This document shows, piece after piece, positions 1 to 11,097 of a DNA stretch of 64,000 bases. The translations under genes and the position numbers were made by a program. How positions within the stretch are numbered: the first letter of the stretch is position 1; each line of letters starts with the position of its first letter. The stretch is from positions 682,001-746,000 of the forward strand of contig NW_027191460.1 in the NCBI RefSeq assembly GCF_011745625.1, read 5' to 3'. The notes beneath the pieces were generated by a model, which was not told the origin of the DNA, ran no database searches, and was given only the letters and a program-made list of their open reading frames with translations. This stretch comes from Cladosporium halotolerans. Its lineage: Eukaryota.

Positions 1-480
1 GCAGGAGCAGGCCTTCCAGTTCCTGTCGGCAGTCTCCCAGTCGCCCCCTGTCCGTGGAATCCACGACCCAGATGAGTGTATCGGTCTTTTCGAAGTAGTT
101 CTTCCAGTATGTGCGGAGTGTCTTTTGACCTCCGACGTCCCCTTCGCGCAAGTCAGCAGATTCCGTCGTGCGTTGGTTCACTGGGGCGGCTCACATATGT
201 TCAGTTTGTACCTAGGACTGAATCAGTCTTTCGCTCACTCAGTGTAGGCATGTGAAGGCTCACCCGTCATAATCGATGGTCTTGATAATGAATCCCAGCG
301 TCGGACTGACACTATTCACGTCTTCATTCATGATCTTCTTGACAATCGTGGTCTTTCCGGCATTGTCCAGTCCGCTTTCACGCGTCAGAAGTGACTGTCT
401 GGGGGCATCCAGGACACTCACAGCATCAGGATTCGCATCTCCTTGTCTTTAAGACGGGCCTTCCGGAGTATCGACAACAT
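1..480 (-). CDS. ARL2: ADP-ribosylation factor-like GTPase ARL2/Cin4 (3' end beyond window)
   Basis: Exons 480-422, 374-264, 211-195 and 141-<1, joined by GT-AG introns, give [29 protein letters not shown]...[26 protein letters not shown], with P-loop and WDVGGQ motifs typical of ARL2. Confidence 0.95.
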
Positions 481-1269
481 CCTGGAGGTTTCGATATTTT
501 GGTCGATTCTCGGAGGGAGGAAGAAAGAATCGGAAACAAATCCAGCAAGACCGCGCTGATCACGTGGTCCTTGAAAGTGTGAATATTCCACAAGGCCCCA
601 ACTACTTTCGCAGCGGATAGCCCCTCTCACTGGAGCACAATAGCATTCACGCGCGTCCGGAGGCGTGGGTTGTCATAGCTCACCGGCTGTTCACGCATTG
701 TGTCCAGCCATACTACGGCTTTCGCTGGCATCACAGGCGTCAAGTAATAACTGGAGGGGCATTCGCATGACCGGGCATATGATCCAAGCGATCCAAGGAT
801 CGAAAATCTCTGTCGGGTGGTCAGTTGCTCACTGTGTTTCCGTCACGAGTCGAAAGCGAAGATTGTCAGTCGGAAAGCTGGTGAAGCACAAGGACATCAA
901 ATGGAGCCCCCAATGGAGTCTTTCCTCATCTCACGCAGCGATGAGGACACGGCCCGAGCGCGAGGCTTGACGTCGTTCTTGGGCGAGTTTGGGAAGGAGC
1001 GACCCAGGGGCGGGGCGCACACAAAAACCAGCGCCGCCAGCTTGTTGTTGCTGTCATCAACGCGCTTGAAGACTGCCACTCTGCCAACGCGCGTGAAGTC
1101 AGCCACTCTGCCCACACCAGCGACCAGCACTTCAGCTGTCACTTCGGTTCACACTTCGATTGACGGCTGGACTGCCGCGCTGAAGACCACTTGCGCCACC
1201 GCGTCTGCGCCTGCTTCTGCGCGATACTCGTTGGAACACACACTGACAAGCAGTCATAGACCCGGCAGC

Positions 1270-3562
1270 ATGGCCCCGTTCAAAGCGAAGAGGGCTCCTC
1301 GCGTCAAGTACGTTGTGGAGAACACGTTCGGCGAGCACCCAACCGAACGCGACAAGGGACACTCGGCGACGGCAGCCACAGCCCAGCCCTCTGCCGCTCC
1401 TCCCACGTCCCTCCCACCCACTGACAACAGGAACGCGCCCACCACGCCCCTCGCGGAGATCATCAAGGAAAGAATCCATGCTATCACTCGCTCGGCCGAA
1501 GCTGTCTCCAACCCCGCTGCAGACTCCGACACCAGCGCTGACATGGCCCGCCGCGGAGGCCCCAAGAAAGCCACTCCGGACCAAGTGAAGGAGCTGACGT
1601 CCAAGAGCCACTCATCCGGCAAAGCAAACAGCGATTCCTCCAAGCCGGCTGCGTCCACCGCCAGCTCGAAGGGCAAGTCCAGGGCCGATTCGACGGGCCC
1701 TGCTACAGCGTCCAAGCCGCCGGGATCCGGCACCAGCAGCGGTCGCCAACAGCCTTCCCGCACCGATCAGTCACCCCAGAAGGGCAGGAGCGAGCGTGTC
1801 AGCTCTTTCCGTGGCACCGCTGCTAACAATGAGGCGGGCTTCCCGGCCAAAACCGCAAGCACCATCCCCGCCAACAGCAGCTGGGAGGCTTCGCTCAACG
1901 ATCCGTCTGCCACCCAGGCCACCGGCACTTGGGACCCTGGCCACCCGCCGTACAAGTCTGACTCGTATTTCAGGCGCGAACAGCTTCGCGCGGAGCAGGC
2001 CAAGGCTTCCAAGACATCCGCCGACCTCAAAGGCAAAGGCCGCCAGGAGGTCAACCAAAAGCCCTCTGAGTACCGCAAGTCACCTTGGCTGAAGAACAGT
2101 GAGATTCCGAAAGGCGACCCTAAGCGTCACCAGACCCGCTGGTCATCCTCGAGTGCGAGTTCCATCGACTCCAATCGCGTCAGCAGTGGATGGGGCGATT
2201 GCATGAAATCCGCAGACGCTGTTCGCGGAGACCTTGCCGACTGGGCTGGTGGAATCGGACCCGCTGCAATCGACTGGGATTCCCGCCCGAGATTCCGTGA
2301 CAACCAAAGCGCTGAGAAGATGGAAGTTTGGCTTGATGTCATCTTCTCGGAGCTCGCGGATGTTCACTACACCATGACCTTCTTCCCTTCTCCGGAATCT
2401 CTTGAAGCCAAGGCGTTCGATGCCACAGTTTCAGATCACATTGCCCCTCGCCATTGGGTTCCAGACACTGTCGACCTGCTGCCTGCAGATGCATTCTGGG
2501 CTGAGCACATCCAGTCTAACAAGCCAGAGCCACTTGGTGAATTTGACCTCGCGGACGCCGAGCCGTGGTGGCAGACGTACCACAACAGCGAGTGCAACAA
2601 CATCCCTCTCCTAAGGTTTCCAGCAGTCGTTGGAGTAGACCCAAATGAGGACAAAGAGCAGAAGCTCAAGCGCGAGCTTGACTTTGGCAGCAACCACGCG
2701 ACCACGAACCGCATCAATTTCGAAAAGGCAAAGAAGCAAATGGCGAGAGATCGCGCTCTTGCCAAGCGTAACAATGCTCACAAGTTCTCTGGCGCTTACA
2801 AGGAGGTCATTAACGAGAACGCCATCAAGCCTGGCTTGAACATGTTTCTGCGCTCCGCGAGAAGGGAAGACGTCGTCCAGCTCAGAGATATCTACAACCG
2901 CTACATCGACAACGCGTACGTCGTGCCGGAGACTGACAGACTCACTGACGCCGACATGGCTCAGCGCTTGGTCAAAGGCAAAGACGCAGTGCTGCCATTC
3001 ATCGTCGCTTGTCAGCGCGGCGAAAGGGTCAAAGACGTGGTCATGCCTGACAGAGTCGTTGGGTTTGCGTGCGCAGTTGACTTGAAGGAGAAGCACTCCA
3101 TCTACCGCCCGTCCGTGCTCCTGGAGATCTTCGTACCCATGGAGCACTACATGAAGAACATCGGCAACTGCCTCCTCGACAAGATGATGTGTCTTCTCGA
3201 TCCTGGCTACTTCTCGCGTGGAGGCTACGACTGCTTTGGCGACGAGTTGGACGGGACTGGTGCAATCAGGGACGTGTCTAACGTGCTCATCCGCTACCCT
3301 TATGATGCTGCGAACTCCGACAAGCTCGAATGGGTTTCGAAGTGGCTCAAGAAGCGGGCTGGGTTCGAGAAGGTGGCGGATCTGAAGGGCGTGGCGAAGA
3401 AGTTCGATAAGGAGTGGGTTTCCCGTCGCTTTCCCCCAATATCTTTTTGCAATGCTGACATGAGACAGTCTGAACCTCGCCATCCTGCAGAAGAAGACTG
3501 GGCTCACCTTGGAGTACTTCGACGATCCGCCTGCCCAGGACAATCCGGCTCCCGATGCCTGA
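1270..3562 (+). CDS. Long low-complexity protein with C-terminal GNAT-type acetyltransferase-like domain
   Basis: Long ORF (start uncertain; ATG at 901 or 1270). C-terminal part (LRSARREDVVQLRDIYNRYI...VVGFACA...GFEKVADLKGVAKKFDK) resembles Pat/YncA-type GNAT. Intron 3414-3468 (GTGGGT..CTGAC..ACAG) gives terminal exon DLNLAILQKK..., stop at 3560-3562. Confidence 0.7.
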
Positions 3563-3600
3563 TCGGAAGCTTCGAAAGCCCCTACAGCAAGACATGAACG

Positions 3601-3725
3601 AATCGCGAAATCACGAGCATAGGCATAATGCGAGCATACACTAACGGACAGCATCAAGACATTCTGCAATCACGAAATCACGAGCATCAAATAATGCGAG
3701 CATAAACTACCGAACAGCATCATAC
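3601..3725. repeat. Imperfect tandem duplication, ~67-bp period
   Basis: aatcgcgaaatcacgagcat..ataatgcgagcat..acagcatca occurs at 3601-3660 and again at 3668-3725. Confidence 0.8.
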
Positions 3726-4069
3726 AGGGTCTTTTGGAAAGATGGAACGGTACATGATGGGAAAGGGCGTTCTGGCGAGTTCGGCTACTAATGGAGTCGC
3801 CCCAATATCAGGTCGATGCAGTTAGCCATGTTCGCAGGAAAAGTGAAGTCCTCTACTTTCTTCTTGCGATTGGTTTTCTCTCAGATTGAACAGATACGAG
3901 AAATGCCATTTCCTTCCATCAGTCTCAACTTCCGTCTTCCTCTAGTCCGCCGTCTGCATAGTTCCACCACACAATTCCCTTCCCCCTCGCCGTCCCCGAA
4001 CATATCCACACTCCCCCTCCACACCACAAACCTCCCTCCCTCCTCCCCAATCCTCAGCACGCCCTCAAA

Positions 4070-4623
4070 TCAATGAGCAACCTCTCTCTCCTCCATGCAA
4101 ATAAAACTCTCCGCGTCCTTAATCCAATCGAACCGCGTCAAATCCGCCGAGAGCTCCGAGTCGGATTCGAAGGAGGCGAATTGGTCGTCGGAGTTGCAAC
4201 GGCCCCTGCGCACATCATTGTCAGCACCTATGATTTTGCACAGGCAGCGTGCTTTGGAAGGTGGAGGCAGGAAGGGGGAAGACACGACACACTGCATCAG
4301 AAAACACTCCGTTCCCTCGTCGGGCCGGAAGGAGAGGACTTTCCCTGCGCTGTTGGTTTTCATTTTCTTGTCAGTGAATTCTCCTGTTGGCCTTGACTTC
4401 TGAGAGAGTGTGATCTGGAGTGTGGAGCGTACAAGCTGTTCAACGCAATGCAGTCGTCTAGCGGCATGATGCCGTACCAGCAGTTGCCGGCGTAGTTGGG
4501 TTCGGTGCAGAGGCGGATGCCGCCGAGGTTGGTTGGGAGGGCTGGTGGGAGGGCGGTTGTGAGGGGGGTTGTTGAGAGTAAGGTGAGGAGGGTCGTGAGG
4601 AGGGTGGTTTTGGGGCCGGGCAT
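4070..4623 (-). CDS. Small secreted Cys-rich protein (~127 aa), beta/gamma-crystallin-like motifs
   Basis: Exons 4623-4433, 4349-4293 and 4205-4070 in frame. Hydrophobic signal-like N-terminus, 6 Cys, motifs LCTEPNYAGNC, KVLSFRP and AESFIC. Confidence 0.7.
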
Positions 4624-5002
4624 GTTTGTTGGTGGGTTTGTGGGTTGTTGGAGGGTGCTGTATTTGGTTGGTGTTAATGAAGCAACAGAGAATTGAATGG
4701 GTTACGGTGTCAACGAGTGACTTCGGTCAGCAGATGTGGGAAGCAAAAGACTACTGCTTGCTTCCTGTGATGGCGTAAAGAAAAAAATGGGTGACGAGGG
4801 GCTTGCTGAGATGATGGAATGCTACATGTGAGATTACAAGGGGTGAGTGACGCCTTGCTACGGTGCATCAACAATGCAAGGTTCCAAAAAACACAATGAC
4901 GACTTTGTGAAACTGCCTCGTGTGAGAGTAATCGATTCCGATCAACTCGGTAGTAAAAGTAGACTACCCTACAGCACCTAGTAATAAGTAGAGCCATCGC
5001 GC

Positions 5003-7874
5003 CTAGAACCCGATATCAGCCAAAACCTCACATCCCCTCTCACAAACCGCCCTGACCCTCTCTCCCAAACTGCGGTTTGTACACTCAACGTCCAGTCCCT
5101 CCAGCCAAACCTTCGCCACGGTCTTGTCCACCGTGATCTCCAAGCCCGGCACAGGGATACCCAGCCCGTGCAACCTCGCCAGCTCCGCCGCCTGCGCCTT
5201 CTCCACTGCTACGCTGTCCTCGCCGTCTGCAACGGCCACCTTTGGCTCCGCGATGGGTTGGATGGCGGATTCGCCGAACTGTGCCTCAAGGAACATGAAC
5301 AGCCTGCTCAGCTTCTCCGCTGGGGTGAGCGTGCGCGCTGCGAGCGGGTGGCGCCTCTCAAAGTCGGGCTTGCTCTCCTCCTGTTCATGGTTGTGAGAAT
5401 GACTGTGCGCGCTGCGTTTGATGGCCGCCGGCGAGCTTTCGACGCTGAGCAGTACGGCCATGACGGCGTCGGCGATGGCGTCGTTGGATGCATTGCCTTC
5501 CCACTCTATCTCGAGCTCGCCTTGCTCGCGGCAGATGATGCGCACGGCGTCGTTCATAACGCTGAGGATTGTTTCGGGTCGGGGCTTTTCAGTCATGGTT
5601 TCATCTTCCGTGCCGTCTTCGAGCTTAGGTGTTGCCCCATTTGTAGTGCTGCCGTTGGGTTTCGAGTCGTGCGATTCGGTCACTTCGACACTGCCGAATG
5701 TGCCTTCCAGTGACCATTTGATCAGGTCGATGCCAGCCGCGCCGAGCGTGATGCGCTGCCGGCACGTGATGGCCGTGGTGTTCAGGCCGGCGTACTCTCT
5801 CAGATCTTCAGGCGCCATGAGCGAAAGCTTGAATTCGTTCTGCACCAGCACGCCGCTGATGACTTGCCCTTCGTCTTTCCTTCTCTTGACGTCCGTGCCG
5901 TCCTCGACCTCCTCTTCGCCGCTGGCTGGCGGACTAAGCAATCCGGCAATTGCCTGCGGGTTTACCTCATTCGCCAGCCGGCCCACGACCTTCGCTATCT
6001 TCTCCCTGCGGAATGGAATCCTGACTTCCTCGCAGTTCGCAGGCGAGTACACCTTGAACTTGCCAAGTCCCAGCAGCCTCGACCGCATCCTCATCATGTT
6101 GCCCCTCTCGCCGTGCACAAGCACAACAACAGGCGCGTCAACCTCCTCGATGAATGCCCGATTCTCCGCGCCGTCGACGTGCGCCGCGAAACTGAACTCT
6201 TGCACCGTGCAACGGCGTGGGATCATCACCTTATCTTCGCCTCCGGGCCCAGAGGCTTTCTTGCCCATCATCGGCCCGCCGCCACCCCTCTGCGTCATCA
6301 CCGCCGGGATAGAGTCTGGCTCCTTCATGATCTCCTTCGCCATGGTCCCCTCCACGCTGTATCCCGTAATCACGACGCCGTTCTTGCTCTCCGGCGCCCA
6401 CCGCTCTAGCAGCGTGCGTGACACGCCGTTCTGCAGCATACCAGGGGACGCAAGCATGACACAGCCACCTACATCGTCAAACCGGTCCAAGGACTTCAGC
6501 GAGCGAATGAACTGAAAATCCCATGGTCCTCCGCCACCACCATTCTCGCCCCCGCCCTCCGCACTGCTCAGCCGATTGTGCAGCTTCGACCGGATGTTGT
6601 CGTTCATGCTGTCGATGTACGTCTGGTACACCACCATGCACTTGCGCGCCAGCGCCGACGCGAAGTAGATCGGGTACCGCCGGTAGTCCGGGTGCTTCTG
6701 CCAGTACTCTTCGAGGATGAGCAGGAGCTCCTGCGCCATGCCGATCGCGAAGACGGGGAGCAGGGCGCGGCCGCCGCGGTTCAGGATGCCCGTGATGGAT
6801 TTCATGAGGGCCGTTTCACGCTCGGCGCGCGGGATGTGTGTGCTGATGCCGAAGGTTGATTCGGTAATCAGGCAGTCGACTTTCAGACCTCTGGGGATTG
6901 TGGCAGGGATCAAGTGCCGGTCGTTCTCTCGGCTATAGTCGCCGGTGAAGAGGACGTTGAGGCCGGCGATTTCGATGAGGTACATACATGCGCCCAGGAC
7001 GTGGCCGGCAGGGTATGGCGTGATGCGGATGCCGTTATGAGTGTGTGTCGTATTGAAGGAGATGGTTTGGATCTGCGGGAGAGTGGAGAGGATGTCGTGT
7101 TCGTTGAAGAGCTGGTCGACGCCGCCGCCGTCGTTGGCACCGGCTGACGCTGCGTGAGTATTTTGAACACGAACGGAGTCTTGCATGAGCCATTTGTAGA
7201 TTGCTTTCGTCGGGTGGGTCATGTAGACTCGGCCGGAGAAGTTGGTTTTGGCCAGGACGTATGGTAGAGATGCTGCGTGGTCCATGTGGAAACTGGGTGA
7301 AGTGGTTTGTTAGCTTTTATTCATTTGGTATTCCTCAACAGACATGCTTAGACACCGCGGCAGTAACAGGCTTGGTAAGAAGAAAAGGGATGGTCGCTCT
7401 TCTGAAAGGCTTTCATACAATGGCTATTTACGTGTGCTATTGGTCGGACCTTCAAGGTCAGTAGCACCAGCAGACATTGGGAAAGGAAAGCGAAACAAGT
7501 GGTGTCCAAGCCCGTTACTGCCGATGTGGTATTGACATGTCGAACAGAAGGCCGTGTCCGTGCAATGCGAACAGCTAGAGCTAAGAGCACAAGCATGTCG
7601 TTTTGAATGGGAGTACTTACTGTGTCATGAGCAGGATATCTACAGTCCCCAGATCGAACTCATCGTAGAAAGGGAGTGCTGCCAGACCGTCGAAAGCAGG
7701 GTGTATGCCTGCGTCCAACATGACGGTCTTTCCCTTGTATTGGATGATGTGACAGCTTCGGCCGACCTCGTTGCCGCCGCCCAGCGCGAGGAACATCAGC
7801 TCATCGGAGGGGTCCACCGGCTCTTGTTCCTCAACTGGCGGGTTCATCGCGGCATGTGACCGCTTGGCTGCCAT
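5003..7874 (-). CDS. YSH1: Pre-mRNA 3'-end endonuclease Ysh1/CPSF73 (metallo-beta-lactamase, beta-CASP)
   Basis: Exon 1 7874-7621 ([15 protein letters not shown]) and exon 2 7292-5003. Intron 7620-7293 splits the THFHMDH metal-binding motif. Also AGHVLGA, TGDYS, ASPGML and FAAHVD motifs. Confidence 0.97.
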
Positions 7875-8492
7875 GGTGGGCGAAATGCGGATGTGCTATG
7901 CGAGAGATTGTAGCTGGAAGCGCGTCGCGAGCGCGCGGCAGCTGGACTGTGTGCGCAGTTTCTGTCGCGAAGGAATGTCTTGCGGCTCGGAGCAATACTT
8001 TCGACGACGTTATATGGACACTGATGGGCAGTAGCGAGCGATCGAGTGAGGATGGGTATAGTGGGAGGTGAACAGGGAGAGGTTGTACAAGTCCGCGAAC
8101 TTCATTGGAATGGAGATTCAGGTGTCGAGGCAGAACGCGATGTGCTGCCGTGCTGCCTCAGGCTGCCACGAAGCTCGGCCCCCTCCGCCGCCGGCCCTCC
8201 GCGTTTGTCGCGGTGGATGAACAGCAAGATGCGACTTTCACAGCATCACAAGCAGCAGAAGCGCCAGCAACACCAAATCCACCCAGCACCACGCCGCATC
8301 CACTCACTCGCCATTTGCGCGACCCTTCATACGAATCCTCCTCTGCTCTGGACCGACGCCTAAGGCATGCGACACGCCATATAACCGTTCCCCCGCCTAG
8401 AGTGAAGGCGGCACTGCGCGTGCTCCTCTATACCACGACCACGACTCCCTACCGGCGCTTCATTACGGACGCGCCTTCCATCGACCCTCACC

Positions 8493-10463
8493 ATGTCTTT
8501 CTCCATGTCGCCGCTGCCGCAGAAGCCAGCTCCCTCGCCCGCGCCCTACCAGCAGCAACCGCAACAGCCGCCGCAACAACAACAGCAGCAGCCACCACCA
8601 CAATACCCTCCTCCTGCATACCAACACCCCGCGCAGCAACCGTCACCGGCCAACGCATCACCTTACGCTGTACCGCCACCTGCCAAACGCCAGCGGCTTT
8701 CACCAAACCCTCGATCGCCCCCTCCGCCCTACCAGAATGGCGCCTACCATGCGCCTCCGCCTAATCTCCCCGGCGCCAGCAGCTATGGCAACCCATACGC
8801 GCCATCTCCCGCACCTGCACAATCGCCCTACTCGCCGAATGCCTTTGTTCAATCGCCCCAGAGCTCCTTCAATACGCCCCAGCCATATCCGCCGCAGAAC
8901 ATTCCCTGGCAATCCGCGCCCAATACGCCAGCACCAGCCGTACAGCGCGCACAGCAGCAGAGCACGGGATCACCACAGCCCAACAGTCAGATGATGCCGC
9001 CTCCCCCGAGGCCTAACAAAGAGGAGAAGGAGGAGAAGGGTGTGGACGATGTCACAGATGTCATGCACGGCTCCGGTATCAACTTGAAGGATGAAGAGAA
9101 CTACTTGCACACACTCTACACCAATCAGCACTCAGCGAAAGACAGCTTTGGAACGCAAGTTTCTTCGTTTGGATCAGGTACACTCAGTGGTGGTAACAGC
9201 TTCAACACACTTCAAGGGACCAGCTTCGACGGTCAGAATCAGAACGGAGCGTTTGCGGGAACTTTGGGGCAGGCGGCGTCGCAGGATGATGTGGAGAAGG
9301 AGGCGAAGAGAAAACGGGAGGCGGCGGCGAGAGAGAAGGCGGAGCGCGAACAGCACCATCTGAACAACCCTTTCCTTCTCGGAAACGTACTGCGACTGCG
9401 CTTGGATAAGATTGCTCGGGAAAGCGGCGTCAGACTCGACGTGAATGGTCTGTATCTACTACAGCAGCCGAGTGAGCCGACAAAAGTAATGACGAATGGG
9501 AGCAATTCTGAGGGCATTGTAAGAGCTGGCAGCAAGATTGACCAAGGCGCGCCCTTCTCCGACATCCTCAGTTTGGTCTCTCTGGCCGCTGGCGAGCGTG
9601 CCAGAGGACTCTTGGACGAAGCTCACGCTCTAGCTCGAGCCCGGCGGTACGGCGACCACGGAAGGGTGCCTCCCGATCTCTCCGACCTGGCCATCGCTCC
9701 TGGCAACGAACGCAAAGAGGAAGCCGCTCAACTCGAAAACATCACCGGCACAGAATGGGACCGCCTTCCGGACGCTCCCGGCGGCCCCGAAGACAGTGAC
9801 AACCCCTCGACCAAACCTCAACCCACCGTCTCCTTCCAAGCAAGCATCAACAACCACCTCCGCGACCTCGCAGAAAAGGACAAAGCCGCCGAGCAAGAAC
9901 GTATCCGCAAACGCGAAGCGCGCCGCAAGGCCGCCGAGGCCGCGGCCGAGAACGACGACGGCTCCGGCGCCACCCTGCCGGACGCTTCTGCTGCCGCGGG
10001 CTCTTCAACTCCGGCAAACGAGGGCGCCAATCAACCCAAGATGACCAAGAAGGAGCAGCTCAAGCAGCAGAAGGAGGCTAAGAACGCTTCCGAGTCCCAG
10101 TCTAGCGCCACCACCAACCAAACCGCCGCCATGATGGCCCTCGGCAAGAAGGGCAAGAAGTACAGCTGGATGACGGGCGGCAGCGCGAGTATGCCTACGA
10201 ACCGCTTCGCGAAACCCAGCGCGCCTAGCGGCTCGGGCGGCGCGAGCGGCAGTGCTAGCGGTGGTACGACGACTCCTATCAAGAAGGAAGGCGCCATGAC
10301 GCCTACGGCTGGATCTGCTGCGGAGAACGCGGATGCGGGCATGGTCAAGTGGGGAGAGTGGAAGGAGGATAAGGGCGTGCAGTTGCGTGACTGGGTGCTT
10401 GTGCTGGAGAGGGATGGGAGGGAGAAGAAGGCGCTGCAGAAGGCTATGAACTCGTTGAAGTGA
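8493..10463 (+). CDS. TAF4: TFIID subunit TAF4 family protein
   Basis: 656-aa ORF with P/Q-rich N-terminus, GSGINLKDEE, histone-fold-like LVSLAAGERARGLLDEA, ATTNQTAAMMALGKKGKKYSWMTGG and C-terminal VQLRDWVLVLERD. Confidence 0.88.
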   Translation: MSFSMSPLPQKPAPSPAPYQQQPQQPPQQQQQQPPPQYPPPAYQHPAQQPSPANASPYAVPPPAKRQRLSPNPRSPPPPYQNGAYHAPPPNLPGASSYGNPYAPSPAPAQSPYSPNAFVQSPQSSFNTPQPYPPQNIPWQSAPNTPAPAVQRAQQQSTGSPQPNSQMMPPPPRPNKEEKEEKGVDDVTDVMHGSGINLKDEENYLHTLYTNQHSAKDSFGTQVSSFGSGTLSGGNSFNTLQGTSFDGQNQNGAFAGTLGQAASQDDVEKEAKRKREAAAREKAEREQHHLNNPFLLGNVLRLRLDKIARESGVRLDVNGLYLLQQPSEPTKVMTNGSNSEGIVRAGSKIDQGAPFSDILSLVSLAAGERARGLLDEAHALARARRYGDHGRVPPDLSDLAIAPGNERKEEAAQLENITGTEWDRLPDAPGGPEDSDNPSTKPQPTVSFQASINNHLRDLAEKDKAAEQERIRKREARRKAAEAAAENDDGSGATLPDASAAAGSSTPANEGANQPKMTKKEQLKQQKEAKNASESQSSATTNQTAAMMALGKKGKKYSWMTGGSASMPTNRFAKPSAPSGSGGASGSASGGTTTPIKKEGAMTPTAGSAAENADAGMVKWGEWKEDKGVQLRDWVLVLERDGREKKALQKAMNSLK

Positions 10464-11097
10464 GGCGCGTGAGCACTCCTTCCCTCCGACTTCTACGAGC
10501 AGAAAATCGCAGCTCAGATATGATCTTTCAAATGAGCGGCCAAGGTCGCAACAAGTGAAACATACAGTATCGGATAGCAGAGCAACTCGATATCGAACAA
10601 ATCAAGGATTCGAGAAGGACATCGGCGGTCAAATCGTGCAGCATTATGCGCTATCGACATTTGCCCTACCATTGAAGTCGGTCGGTAGTCAAACACGATT
10701 GATGAACAATAAGACACCCAGCTCGACTCCGAACAGCATCACAAACAGGAAGACACTGGATGGTTCGAGACGTTCATGTAGAAAATACAGTGCTTTAGGT
10801 ATGCTATAAGGCGCTAAACTACCATGTCCAAAAGTTCTCCCGTTCTGTTTCCCTGATCCTACAACTATCCGGGAGCGCCAGCGACTTGATCCAAATTCCA
10901 ATACAGCCAGCCTTTCATGTGATACAACTGTGAACCCAAGTCTGCGCTGAATAGCAGCAGTACATTGCTCGCTCGTCCAATTTTCCAAAGTCCCGCCATC
11001 CAGAAAATCAATCGCAAGCCTGCCGCGAAAAGCAAACATGTCCCTATAGTTTTTCTTTCTCCCCGTTCACACCATCTCAAAGCCCAAGCCAACTCTC

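Noticed and set aside
5418..6515. 365-aa plus-strand ORF, and similar overlapping ORFs (2611-3669, 11318-12154, 27162-27812, 54196-54867)
   Set aside because: Antisense or alternate-frame shadows of well-supported GC-rich genes.
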